Shown piece after piece: positions 1-9,495 of a DNA stretch of 64,000 nucleotides. The translations under genes were made by a program, and so were the position numbers. The stretch spans positions 135,040-199,039 of the forward strand of contig CAYLXA010000006.1 in assembly GCA_964387845.1 (NCBI GenBank). The letters run 5' to 3'. Below the pieces are notes generated by a model. It ran no database searches. It saw nothing but the letters and a program-made list of their open reading frames with translations, and was not told where the DNA came from. The stretch comes from an uncultured bacterium (GTDB lineage Bacteria > Omnitrophota > Omnitrophia > Omnitrophales > Abzuiibacteriaceae). How positions within the stretch are numbered: position 1 is the first letter of the stretch; each line of letters begins with the position of its first letter.

Positions 1-648
1 AAAAAGATATCCCAAGTCGCCAAATTTCTCGAGAAGCCGGCCGATGAAGTTAAAAAGATTTTGCAGCGGCTTTTGCATGACCGTTTTGTGGAGAAGAAAG
101 GTGTCTTTTTTGCGGTGCCCGATTCGCTTTACCGTTTCTGGCTTCAGGAAGTTTATTATTTAAAGCGTGCTTCTTTTGATTTGGATCTAACCGATACCCG
201 TCAGGCATTCCGAAAATCTATCGAACGGACATTTGAATTTTTTGCCAAAGAAGATAGCAAGGATGTATCGCGGCGCATTGAGGAGCTTTTCCGCCAGTTT
301 GGAAACGAAATTGTAGAGCTTGGGCGGAAGAAAATCAAATGCCCGCGCTTTTCTGATGTCCAATTCAAGCCGACCAACGGACGTGTGTTTCCGGTGGTTG
401 CCAAAAATCAGAATACCAAATGGATGTTCCAGATTGTCCGGGAGCGCGCCCGCGAGGAAGACGTGCGGCTATTTCTGGATGACATGAATAAACTAAAAAG
501 TACCGTCCAAAAAAAGGTGATGATTACGCTTCGGGGCGTTGAATTAAATGCAAAGTTATTGGCGCAAGAGTCGAAAATTCAGTTGTGGGATTTGCGCGAA
601 TTGAACGCGCTTTTAGATTTATATAATCAGCCCAAGTTAATTTTGTAA
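1..648 (+). CDS. hypothetical protein, 5'-truncated by the window edge (possibly the C-terminal DUF234-like region of an ATPase)
   Basis: The reading frame is open from position 1 and stops with TAA at 646-648. No catalytic motif is recognisable. It lies on the same strand as the downstream genes. Confidence 0.4.
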   Translation, partial: KKISQVAKFLEKPADEVKKILQRLLHDRFVEKKGVFFAVPDSLYRFWLQEVYYLKRASFDLDLTDTRQAFRKSIERTFEFFAKEDSKDVSRRIEELFRQFGNEIVELGRKKIKCPRFSDVQFKPTNGRVFPVVAKNQNTKWMFQIVRERAREEDVRLFLDDMNKLKSTVQKKVMITLRGVELNAKLLAQESKIQLWDLRELNALLDLYNQPKLIL

Positions 649-649
649 T

Positions 650-1156
650 ATGAGAAAAACATCTCGGAAAACAGTTCGGAAATCAAGCCAGCAGCTTCTA
701 TGGGCGCCTTGGCGAGCGCCTTACATTCAGCATATTGCCCAACCCAAAGGCTGTGTTTTTTGCAGGGCGATCAGGAGTTCAAAAGATGCTGAAAATCTCG
801 TAGTGAAGCGCAGCCGTCATTCGTTTGCAATTCTGAATTTGTATCCTTACAACAATGGCCATCTGCTCATCGTGCCGAAACGCCATGTACCGGAATTCAG
901 CCGGCTTACGGATCGTGAAATCCTGGATTTGATGGCCCTTCAAAATAGTATGCTGAAACGCATCAAACAAAAACTGAAACCGGACGGATTTAATGTCGGC
1001 GCCAATCTCGGCAGAGTCGCGGGCGCCGGAATTCCGGGTCATTTGCATCTGCACATCGTTCCGCGCTGGCGCGGCGACACCAACTTCATGCCGGTTATCG
1101 GAAAGACCAAAGTCATCTCTCAATCGCTTGCGGCATTGCGCGATCTGCTACAATAG
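650..1156 (+). CDS. HIT family hydrolase (histidine triad nucleotide-binding protein)
   Basis: The histidine-triad motif 'GHLHLHIVPRW' is present, preceded by the conserved 'WAPWRAPYI' N-terminal box. The size, 168 aa, is typical of the family. Confidence 0.85.
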   Translation: MRKTSRKTVRKSSQQLLWAPWRAPYIQHIAQPKGCVFCRAIRSSKDAENLVVKRSRHSFAILNLYPYNNGHLLIVPKRHVPEFSRLTDREILDLMALQNSMLKRIKQKLKPDGFNVGANLGRVAGAGIPGHLHLHIVPRWRGDTNFMPVIGKTKVISQSLAALRDLLQ

Positions 1157-1159
1157 GGC

Positions 1160-2275
1160 ATGATTTTAACCCGCAAGGAATATGAAGACCGCGAATCCCA
1201 GTTTTTAGCTCCTTACGCCGTCAAAAGCGCCGAAAGCCGCGGCCGCGATTATTCCGAAAAAGAGCATGAATACCGCACTTGTTTTCAGCGTGACCGGGAC
1301 CGTATCGTGCATTCGACCGCATTCCGGCGTCTTCAGTACAAAACCCAAGTCTTTGTAAATTCCGAAGGCGATCATTATAGAACTCGCCTGACTCATACCA
1401 TCGAAACTGCGCAAATCGCACGCACCATCGGCCGGACGCTTGGCCTGAACGAAGATTTGATTGAAGCAATTGCGCTCGCGCATGATTTGGGCCATGGGCC
1501 TTTCGGTCATGCCGGTGAGTGGGCGCTTGAGTCCCTGATGAAAAATCATGGCGGCTTTGAACACAATCTGCAGGGAATCCGAATTGTCGAAGAGCTTGAA
1601 GAAGTATATTCAAACTTTCCTGGCCTTAATTTAACATCCGAAGTACGGGAGGGCATGAAGAAGCATCAGCAGAACATATCGTTATCATTTGAAGCGCGTG
1701 TGGTCGATTTGTCGGACGAGATTGCCTATGACAGTCATGATTTGGATGACGGAATCCGTTCAGGCTATCTTTCCGGATCGGATCTTGAGAAGCTCGCGAT
1801 TTGGAAAAAAATTAGCCAATATTTGGGTACCAAATCTAACCTGAAGCAGGACCCGTCGTGGCGGCGCGCCGCGATCCGGCTTCTCATCAACCATCAGGTG
1901 AAGGATTTGCTTGAGACGACTAACCGAAATCTTAAAAAACTTAAGTCTGCTAAAAAATTATCATCCGACATAATTATCCGCCTAGTTCATTTTTCTTTGC
2001 CGGTACGGAAATGGAAGAAGGAACTTAAAAGTTTTCTGCATGAAAATCTTTATAATCATTACCGCGTTGTTCGCATGACCGATAAGGGGCAGCGGATTAT
2101 CCGGAAATTGTTTCGGGCATATCTCGATAAGCCTAAGCAATTATCGCCCGGTATCCAACGGCGGATCGGAAAAGATTCTATCGAGCGGGTGATCTGTGAT
2201 TACGTTGCCGGAATGACAGATCGGTTTGCACTGGATGAATATAAGCGGTTATTTGACCCGGATGAACGGGTTTAA
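1160..2275 (+). CDS. dgt: dGTP triphosphohydrolase-like HD-domain protein
   Basis: The HD motif 'AHDLGHGPFGHAGE' and the 'FQRDRDRIVHSTAFRRL' box are characteristic of Dgt-type dNTPases. Confidence 0.8.
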   Translation: MILTRKEYEDRESQFLAPYAVKSAESRGRDYSEKEHEYRTCFQRDRDRIVHSTAFRRLQYKTQVFVNSEGDHYRTRLTHTIETAQIARTIGRTLGLNEDLIEAIALAHDLGHGPFGHAGEWALESLMKNHGGFEHNLQGIRIVEELEEVYSNFPGLNLTSEVREGMKKHQQNISLSFEARVVDLSDEIAYDSHDLDDGIRSGYLSGSDLEKLAIWKKISQYLGTKSNLKQDPSWRRAAIRLLINHQVKDLLETTNRNLKKLKSAKKLSSDIIIRLVHFSLPVRKWKKELKSFLHENLYNHYRVVRMTDKGQRIIRKLFRAYLDKPKQLSPGIQRRIGKDSIERVICDYVAGMTDRFALDEYKRLFDPDERV

Positions 2276-2287
2276 CGATGTAAGTAT

Positions 2288-3955
2288 TTGTTCAGAAACG
2301 ACTTATATCGGCCGATTGACAAGATACACCTCAGTGCTACAATCAATGCTGTCAAAAGGAATCTTGGGCGAATGAGTCGTTCTAATGAACATAAGAGTGT
2401 TATTGAAAGATTTCTCCTAACAAACCCCGGCTGGATAGAGGGGTATCGCGTTTTCAATCGTCTCTTCGGACATCCTCTCGGCTGGCTCTATATTATCCAC
2501 GAAGGCAAAAGCAGGCTTATCCGGCTTAATCAAAAAGGTAACTGTTCTTTTTTTGCCTCATCAGCAAGCAATCAATCCGGTTGCGTCGGTTTTTTGCTTA
2601 AATATTGTGAACAACTCAAGGATGATGCCGACAAAAAAGCTTTCAAGCCTTTCAACTATAAATGCGCCTACGGCCGCAAGGGATTGGTATTCAATCTTGA
2701 GTATTTAAATCAACTCAAGGGTTATTTGATCCTGTGCGCAACGTCGAAGAGCGAGAAAGAAACACGCGATTTAATGCCCCTTTTCAATCAATTCCTGAAA
2801 AGCCAGATTGAGCTTGCCTACAAGGCATTCGAGCTCCAAAATTTTTACGAAACCGTTCATCCGCGTGCACTCGCGCTTTCGACCATGCATTCGGTTCATC
2901 GAGTCATTAGTTCCTCGCTTCACTTGAATGAACTTCTTCCAAAAATTGGCAGGCTGTGTGCGCAAATTTTGAAAGCCCAAGGGTGCACGATTTTCTTATT
3001 AGATGAAGAAAGAAAATATTTGGTCCCGCACTTTCATCTGCAAAATAAAAAAGATATCGGAAAGCGTTCGCGTCTCCAAGTTGGTAAGGGCGTCGAAGGG
3101 AAGGTGGCAGAAACCGCTGAATTTCATGTTTCGCGAAATTCAATTTCAGTTCCTTTTATCGAAGAAGATGTGATCGGCGTTATCACGCTTCGCGACAAGG
3201 TGGGTGGGGAAGCATTTGGAAAAATGGATATGGAAATTTTGAAGACTTTGTCCGAGCAGGCTGTTGTGGCGATTAAGAATGCAAAACTTTTCGAAGAAAC
3301 CGAGCATTTGACCCACAGCAGTATTCAGGCGATCAATGAACTGCTTGAAATGAGCTATGAAGGAAGTAATATGCAGCTTCCTTTATTCGGGGAACTTGTT
3401 TTCGAAATGGGTAAGGATTTGCGCCTTTCCAGCATGGAGTTAACGCATCTTCACCGTGCCACTTTTTTGATCGATGCTGGCCATCTGGGTACGCCGGCTC
3501 ATATATTAAAAAAGAAAACCCAGCTCACGAAGCGCGAGTTCGACGCGATTAAAGAGCATCCGCATGCCGGTGCCGCGGTTTTGAAGAAAATGGGTGCGTT
3601 GAAGCCCGTTATTCCGATTATTTTGCACCACCATGAGCGCTACGACGGCAAAGGCTATCCACAGGGATTGAAAGGCGATGAAATTCCGCTCAGCGCCAGG
3701 ATTATGGCGGTGGCAGATGCTTTTTTTGCGATCACTGCCGAGCGGCCTTACCGCCCGGCCCGAACTCATGCAGAGGCGATTAGCGAAATTAAAAAGAATT
3801 CAGGCACGCAATTTGACCCTGCCGTGGTTGCGAGCTTCGTAAAAGTGGTTGAAAATCCCGAATTTATGAAGAAAATAACAAGGTGGGAGCAGGCGCGCGA
3901 TAAAACTGAGCGCCATGGACCGAATTCAAAACAAGAAACAGCTTTTGTTAATTAA
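2288..3955 (+). CDS. GAF domain / HD-GYP domain c-di-GMP phosphodiesterase
   Basis: The C-terminal 'HHHERYDGKGYPQGLKGDEIP...IMAVADAFFAITAERPYR' is a canonical HD-GYP domain. A GAF-like region (~aa 190-330) lies upstream of it. Confidence 0.75.
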   Translation: MFRNDLYRPIDKIHLSATINAVKRNLGRMSRSNEHKSVIERFLLTNPGWIEGYRVFNRLFGHPLGWLYIIHEGKSRLIRLNQKGNCSFFASSASNQSGCVGFLLKYCEQLKDDADKKAFKPFNYKCAYGRKGLVFNLEYLNQLKGYLILCATSKSEKETRDLMPLFNQFLKSQIELAYKAFELQNFYETVHPRALALSTMHSVHRVISSSLHLNELLPKIGRLCAQILKAQGCTIFLLDEERKYLVPHFHLQNKKDIGKRSRLQVGKGVEGKVAETAEFHVSRNSISVPFIEEDVIGVITLRDKVGGEAFGKMDMEILKTLSEQAVVAIKNAKLFEETEHLTHSSIQAINELLEMSYEGSNMQLPLFGELVFEMGKDLRLSSMELTHLHRATFLIDAGHLGTPAHILKKKTQLTKREFDAIKEHPHAGAAVLKKMGALKPVIPIILHHHERYDGKGYPQGLKGDEIPLSARIMAVADAFFAITAERPYRPARTHAEAISEIKKNSGTQFDPAVVASFVKVVENPEFMKKITRWEQARDKTERHGPNSKQETAFVN

Positions 3956-3979
3956 TGTCAGACAACCAGGGAAAATGAA

Positions 3980-4207
3980 GTGAATGACCTTTCAGCCGTT
4001 AATCCAGCCGGTCCGACGCCAAAAATCAGCTTGAAAATCGAAAAACCGCGTGACCAAAGTATTCACGGTTTTTTTAACACGCTTCTAATCATTTCGTTTT
4101 TATTGATTGCTGCGACTTTGTGGGTGCTCGCGCTTGAATATTTGGACATGCCGGCACCGATGTGGCTTCTTGATTTGATTGATGAATTGAAGCTCATTTT
4201 CGCTTGA
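3980..4207 (+). CDS. small hypothetical membrane protein
   Basis: A 75-aa ORF with one hydrophobic helix (LLIISFLLIAATLWVLAL). It sits on the same strand and is closely spaced to its neighbours. Confidence 0.3.
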   Translation: MNDLSAVNPAGPTPKISLKIEKPRDQSIHGFFNTLLIISFLLIAATLWVLALEYLDMPAPMWLLDLIDELKLIFA

Positions 4208-4216
4208 TAATTAGAT

Positions 4217-4681
4217 ATGACACGACGCGTTGCCCTCAAGCCTGCCGCCATCCTTCTGATTCTAGGTATTTTTTTGGCTTTCCCGTGGCTGAGCGGCTAC
4301 ACGTTTCTTCAATATATGAAAATGAAGCACAGTGTTACGATTCACGGTTTTTGGTATCCTTCTTATTTCCCGATCGGAAAGTTTTATGTGCGTCAATTAA
4401 ATGCGGATTGGAAAGATGATTTTCGAATCCAGTCCGGGACGCTTGAAGTCCAATATAATCCGTTTCTGTTTTCAATTTCGCGCGGTGGTGTTTCGTTGAA
4501 AGGGCGCGATCTGGAGGTTTCGGTGAAGAAATTGAACTCAAATCTCAAAGTGAAAGGGCCGTTTGTCGTAAACCGGTTTGATGCCAAGCTGGAATTGCGG
4601 CCTCGCGCAGAGCCCTTCATCCACTCGCTTGAAATTGACTCGCCGGTGATTCAATTCAAAATCAACGGGCAATCGGCATGA
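4217..4681 (+). CDS. hypothetical membrane-anchored protein
   Basis: An N-terminal TM/signal-anchor (AAILLILGIFLAFPWL) is present. Its stop overlaps the next start (ATGA). Confidence 0.4.
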   Translation: MTRRVALKPAAILLILGIFLAFPWLSGYTFLQYMKMKHSVTIHGFWYPSYFPIGKFYVRQLNADWKDDFRIQSGTLEVQYNPFLFSISRGGVSLKGRDLEVSVKKLNSNLKVKGPFVVNRFDAKLELRPRAEPFIHSLEIDSPVIQFKINGQSA

Positions 4682-5400
4682 ACCTCTATTCCGGAAAAAA
4701 TTTCTCAGCACCTTCTGTGCTGATTTCGCTGTGTGTGCACGCCGGTATTTTACTCATCGGCCATGCGGCAGTAGCGTATTCGTGGGTGATTCCGATTCAG
4801 ACGGAACAGAGCATCCTGCTTGAGTTAAATTCGTCGGCATCCCATCCAAAATCGTCCGCACAGAAAGCGGCGCTGCCCAAGACCGAAGAGAAGCCGCAGA
4901 ATCCTGCGCCGGAAAAGGAAAAATTAGCGGATGCGGCGCCAAAAAATTCAGGTTGGGACAACCGCGAATTTCAAGACCGGCAAGCCAGGATGGATCAAAA
5001 AATTGAACTAATCCGTGAACAAATTAGAAAAATCAAAGAAGGCCAATCCACAGGCGCCGAATTGAAAGGCTTCGAGCTGATTTCGGCAGGCCTTGATAGC
5101 GAATCGTGGCGGTCTTATTTGGCAAAGCTTCGGCGGCAAGTTCTTGAAAAATGGTATCCGATGATTCTTTCACGAGAAAGCCAATTAAAAACCAGCGAAG
5201 CGCGGCTTGATTTCTATATCGGGACGGATGGGCGAGTGGTGGCTTATGAAATTGCAGATTTAAAAGGCGTGCCTGTTTTTGGTGAAATTTGTTTGGAAGC
5301 TTTCCGGCGTGCTATTGGGACCGAAGCAAGCCTTGCGAGACAAGCGGTGAAGCCCGTCGGCAATTTCCTAAAGGTGTCGCTCTTTTTTTATTACCAATAG
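4678..5400 (+). CDS. TonB-family C-terminal domain protein
   Basis: There is an N-terminal TM, a Pro/Lys-rich linker (KPQNPAPEKEK) and a C-terminal block 'YP...DFYIGTDGRVVAYEI...' resembling the TonB_C fold. Confidence 0.45.
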   Translation: MNLYSGKNFSAPSVLISLCVHAGILLIGHAAVAYSWVIPIQTEQSILLELNSSASHPKSSAQKAALPKTEEKPQNPAPEKEKLADAAPKNSGWDNREFQDRQARMDQKIELIREQIRKIKEGQSTGAELKGFELISAGLDSESWRSYLAKLRRQVLEKWYPMILSRESQLKTSEARLDFYIGTDGRVVAYEIADLKGVPVFGEICLEAFRRAIGTEASLARQAVKPVGNFLKVSLFFYYQ

Positions 5401-5506
5401 AACCAGGCTCTGCCCAAGTCAAGTATTGAAGCTTTTTTTCCGAAATATGAAGCACTGCTCTTGGGTTATTTTAAAGAGTAAATTTTTCGGGTCTGGGTGA
5501 TGATTT

Positions 5507-6997
5507 ATGAAATTGTTGGGTGAGTTTTTGCAGGATATCCGGTATCAATGGAATGGCCGGGGATCTTTATTTGTTCCGGTTCATCGCGTGGTATCGGATT
5601 CGCGCATTGTTCAGAAGGGTGATATTTTCGTTGCGTTGAAAGGGCCGCTTGCGGACGGCCATGATTTTATACCGCATGCGGCAAGCCGTGGCGCAGCGGC
5701 CATTATTGCGGAAACCAAGCTGAATCCGTCAACCAATCTCCAAGACACCGCTTTTCTCCAAGTCGAAGACAGCCATTTTGCATTCAGCCGTTTACTGACA
5801 AGATTGCACGGCCTGGAGGCACGGCCCATTCAATTAATCGGCGTTACAGGCACCAACGGCAAGACAACGATTACTTACTTGATCCGATTTTTGCTGAACC
5901 AGCTTTCGGCTTGCGGCCTAATCGGAACCGTGCGCTACGAGTGGGCGAATAAATCCATCGAGTCTAAAAACACAACACCGGGCCTCGGGCAGCTCATTCC
6001 GCTTCTTTCCGACATGGTCCAAGACGGCATGAAATATTGTGTGGCTGAAATTTCAAGCCACGGGCTTGATCAAAACCGCCTTGCCGGGCTTGATTTCACG
6101 GCTGCTGTTTTTACGAACCTGACGCAAGACCACCTGGATTATCACCGCACGCTTGAAAATTATTATTTGGCAAAACGCAAACTTTTTGTATCTAAGCCGG
6201 CGCCGAAATTTTCGGCGGTTAATTTAGACGATGAGTACGGCCGGAGACTGTTGTCGGAGTTGGGCAAACGTGCCGTTAGTTTTGGTTTTGACGCGGGCGC
6301 TACTTACCGTGCTCAAAATGAAAAAGTAACGCTCGAAGGTTCCGAGTTTGATCTCATTTACCGGGGGGGAACCCACCGCGTTAAAACCAATTTACCGCTC
6401 CGGCATAATATTTATAATGTCTTAGCGGCGCTCAGCATTCTTTCAGAACTTGATTTTGCTCTGGAGCAATTAATCCCGCTGCTTCCCAAGTTTCCGGGCG
6501 TGCCTGGGCGCATGGAGCGTGCAGATGCGAAGGGCGGCGCGCTTGTGTTTGTGGATTACGCGCACACGCCGGACGCTGTTTTTAATGTGCTGTCATCGGC
6601 GCGGCCGCTTGTAGGCGGAAAAATCATCACCGTCTTGGGCTGCGGCGGCAATCGCGATAAAGGCAAGCGCCCTTTGATGGGCCGTATCGCCGGTGAAGGA
6701 TCTGACATTGCAATCGTGACGAGTGATAATCCAAGAAATGAAGAGCCGCAATCGATTCTGGACGCCATTCGGCCGGGGATAGCGGAAGGCAGGCAAGCCG
6801 AATTTATTTTAGACCGCAAAAAAGCGATTGAGCGCGCCATTGAATTGGCGGGCCCCAAAGATGTGGTGCTCATTCTCGGAAAAGGACATGAAAAGTATCA
6901 AATCGTCGGCGATCAAACGCTTCCGTTTGATGACGTTGAGGTTGCGCAAGAATGTTTAAGAAAAAAGGCGGGTAAATCACATGCTGTCCATTCCTGA
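5507..6997 (+). CDS. murE: UDP-N-acetylmuramoyl-L-alanyl-D-glutamate--2,6-diaminopimelate ligase
   Basis: Mur-ligase P-loop 'GVTGTNGKTTITYL' and the motifs 'DYAHTPDA' and 'DNPR'. The gene is first in the dcw block. Confidence 0.9.
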   Translation: MKLLGEFLQDIRYQWNGRGSLFVPVHRVVSDSRIVQKGDIFVALKGPLADGHDFIPHAASRGAAAIIAETKLNPSTNLQDTAFLQVEDSHFAFSRLLTRLHGLEARPIQLIGVTGTNGKTTITYLIRFLLNQLSACGLIGTVRYEWANKSIESKNTTPGLGQLIPLLSDMVQDGMKYCVAEISSHGLDQNRLAGLDFTAAVFTNLTQDHLDYHRTLENYYLAKRKLFVSKPAPKFSAVNLDDEYGRRLLSELGKRAVSFGFDAGATYRAQNEKVTLEGSEFDLIYRGGTHRVKTNLPLRHNIYNVLAALSILSELDFALEQLIPLLPKFPGVPGRMERADAKGGALVFVDYAHTPDAVFNVLSSARPLVGGKIITVLGCGGNRDKGKRPLMGRIAGEGSDIAIVTSDNPRNEEPQSILDAIRPGIAEGRQAEFILDRKKAIERAIELAGPKDVVLILGKGHEKYQIVGDQTLPFDDVEVAQECLRKKAGKSHAVHS

Positions 6998-8393
6998 AAT
7001 CGCCGGCGCGTGCCGCGGAAAAATCATTGGTCTGCAAACCAGTGTCCTGTCGGGCATTTCTACGGATACAAGGAATATTAAGCCGGGTTCGGTTTTTTAT
7101 GCGTTGCGCGGAAAGAATTTTAACGGCCATCAATTTTTACAAGACGCTTTCCGGAAGGGTGCCGCTGTCGCCGTCGTTGATGACCAATTTGCCAGAGCGT
7201 CATCCGAAGCCTTGTCGCAGCTCGGCGCTTCCAACACGCTTATTGTTGTTCCGGATGTTTATCGAGCGCTTTTAGATTCTGCGTGTGCTTACCGCCAAAA
7301 ATTCAAGATTCCCGTCGTAGGTATCACCGGAAGCGCCGGAAAAACGACGACAAAGGAATGTGTTCGCGCCATTTTAGGCTTGCGTTACCAAACACTTTCC
7401 AACATTGGTAATTTCAATAATCACATTGGCCTCCCGCTCAGTATTTTCGAAATGAATCAAGCAACGCAGGCCGCTGTCTTCGAGCTTGGCGCCAATAAAT
7501 CCGGCGATATTCGCGAACTTTGTGAAACAGCCCGGCCAACCGTTGGTGTTTTGACCTGTGTTCAGCCCGTTCATTTGGAGGGATTCGGCTCTCTCGACAA
7601 TATTTACAAAACCAAGCTTGAGCTTGCCGGATGGATCGCATCTCAAAAAGGTGTCATGATTATTTATGGTGACGACCCCGAGCTTTTGAAAAGAGCGAAA
7701 AAAATTTCTTCTAAACTAAAAACATTCGGCCGGGGGAAAGGTTGTGATTACCGCGTTTCAAACGAGCGGCAAGACGGTGAGCGGATTCGTTTTACAATCA
7801 ATGAAAAATTCGACTTTTCCGTGAAAGCCATGGGCCTTTTCAACGTGCTGAATTTTGCAGCCGGCATCGCGGCGGCGGCCGAATTGAAATTAGATTTGAA
7901 TGATCTTGCCCGGGATTGGCACGACTTTCAGCCGGCAGCCAATCGGTTTGAAATCGAACGTATGGAAAATCCCAAGGTTGTGTTTGTCAAAGATTTTTAT
8001 AATTCCAACCCGGTTTCATTTCAGATTGCTTTGCAAGCATTTGAAGCGCTTCCATCCGAAGGCAGGAAGATCATTGTGGCGGGTGATATGCTCGAGCTTG
8101 GTCCGGATGCAGCGAAATATCATGGGGAGTTGGGAGAGCAAGCCGGCAAAAGCCGCGCGAACGCTTTCATTTATATCGGAAAATACGCAGAGCCCGCCGC
8201 AGCCGCAGCGCGGAAGCTCAACCATCAGATTCAGATTGCGACATTTTCCGACAATCAACATGCAGCCGATTATTTATCCGGATTTTTACGTGACCGCGAC
8301 TGTGTGTTTATGAAAGCTTCGCGCGGCATGAAGTTTGAAGAAATTTTGAATGCACTTAAAAATGTTCCGGATTTATCGTTAACACATCCGTAA
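6981..8393 (+). CDS. murF: UDP-N-acetylmuramoyl-tripeptide--D-alanyl-D-alanine ligase
   Basis: 'GITGSAGKTTTKE' P-loop. It overlaps the murE end by 17 bp. Its size and position are those of MurF. Confidence 0.9.
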   Translation: MLSIPEIAGACRGKIIGLQTSVLSGISTDTRNIKPGSVFYALRGKNFNGHQFLQDAFRKGAAVAVVDDQFARASSEALSQLGASNTLIVVPDVYRALLDSACAYRQKFKIPVVGITGSAGKTTTKECVRAILGLRYQTLSNIGNFNNHIGLPLSIFEMNQATQAAVFELGANKSGDIRELCETARPTVGVLTCVQPVHLEGFGSLDNIYKTKLELAGWIASQKGVMIIYGDDPELLKRAKKISSKLKTFGRGKGCDYRVSNERQDGERIRFTINEKFDFSVKAMGLFNVLNFAAGIAAAAELKLDLNDLARDWHDFQPAANRFEIERMENPKVVFVKDFYNSNPVSFQIALQAFEALPSEGRKIIVAGDMLELGPDAAKYHGELGEQAGKSRANAFIYIGKYAEPAAAAARKLNHQIQIATFSDNQHAADYLSGFLRDRDCVFMKASRGMKFEEILNALKNVPDLSLTHP

Positions 8394-8406
8394 GGAAAGG
8401 GGAAAC

Positions 8407-9495
8407 GTGTTTTATTATTTTCTTTATCCGCTGAGTGATCATTCAATTTTGTTTAACGTTTTTAAATACATCACATTCCGCTCGGTCGGGGCGAGCGTGA
8501 CCGCCTTTTTGTTCTGCATTTTTATGGCACCGGCCGTTATTGATTGGCTGAGCCGTTTGTGCGTGGTCAATTCCACAAAGCGCGAACATGCGCAATCGAT
8601 TCATAAATTCTATGAGCATAAAGGCAAAGTGCCGACAATGGGCGGCGTTCTGATCGTCGGCAGCATTCTTCTTTCGTGCCTTTTGTGGGGCAATTTCGGA
8701 AACGCGTTTTTTAATTTATCGCTGATTGTCTTGATTTTGTTTGCCGCTGTCGGTTTTTTGGATGATTACATTAAATTGAAATCTAAAAGCTCAAGAGGCC
8801 TAAGCGCGCGCGTCAAATTGGCGGGACAATTGGGCGCTGGTTTACTGCTCGCAGTTTATCTTTTTTGGGATCCTGCAGTGGATACTAAATTATTTATTCC
8901 GTTTTTCAAGACTGCCACCGTGATGCTGGGCTGGCTTTATATTCCGTTTGTGGTGCTCGTGCTGGTCGGTACATCCAACGCCCTTAATTTAACCGATGGG
9001 CTTGACGGGCTTGCGATCGGCTGCTTCACCATCGCAGCTGGTGTTTTTGGGCTTATTTGCTATATCGTGGGCCGTATCGACTATGCCACTTATTTAGAAG
9101 TCCGCTATATTGCCCAAGCAGCGGAACTGTCCATATTTTGCGCGGCCCTTGTCGGCGCGGCCCTTGGTTTTCTTTGGTATAATTCCTATCCTGCGAGTAT
9201 CATGATGGGCGACACAGGCTCTCTTGCACTTGGCGGCGCGTTGGGCACGATTGCCATTTTAGTCAAAAAGGAAGCTATTTTAATCGTCGTCGGCGGCGTT
9301 TTTGTGTGGGAAGCGCTTTCTGTTATTTTGCAGGTGTTTTGCTATAAAAATTTTAAAAAGCGGATATTTTTAATGTCGCCCTTTCATCATCACCTACAAC
9401 TGAAAGGCTGGCCCGAATCCAAAGTGACGATCCGGCTGTGGATTGTCGCGTTTATTTTGGCGCTTCTCGGACTCAGCATGCTGAAATTGAGATGA
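8407..9495 (+). CDS. mraY: phospho-N-acetylmuramoyl-pentapeptide transferase
   Basis: A polytopic membrane protein carrying 'NLTDGLDGLA' and 'HHHLQLKGW' MraY signatures. Starts with GTG. Confidence 0.9.
   Translation: MFYYFLYPLSDHSILFNVFKYITFRSVGASVTAFLFCIFMAPAVIDWLSRLCVVNSTKREHAQSIHKFYEHKGKVPTMGGVLIVGSILLSCLLWGNFGNAFFNLSLIVLILFAAVGFLDDYIKLKSKSSRGLSARVKLAGQLGAGLLLAVYLFWDPAVDTKLFIPFFKTATVMLGWLYIPFVVLVLVGTSNALNLTDGLDGLAIGCFTIAAGVFGLICYIVGRIDYATYLEVRYIAQAAELSIFCAALVGAALGFLWYNSYPASIMMGDTGSLALGGALGTIAILVKKEAILIVVGGVFVWEALSVILQVFCYKNFKKRIFLMSPFHHHLQLKGWPESKVTIRLWIVAFILALLGLSMLKLR

Noticed and set aside
9438-9491. Upstream extension of murD (track start 9438) and of murG (11900), ftsQ (16289), lepA (35605), the TPR/peptidase-MA gene (27061) and the second FGE-like paralog (58612)
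   Set aside because: Internal ATG or GTG codons coincide with the upstream gene's stop (ATGA/ATGATGA coupling) or with an RBS. They give N-termini matching family consensus, so the shorter starts are preferred.
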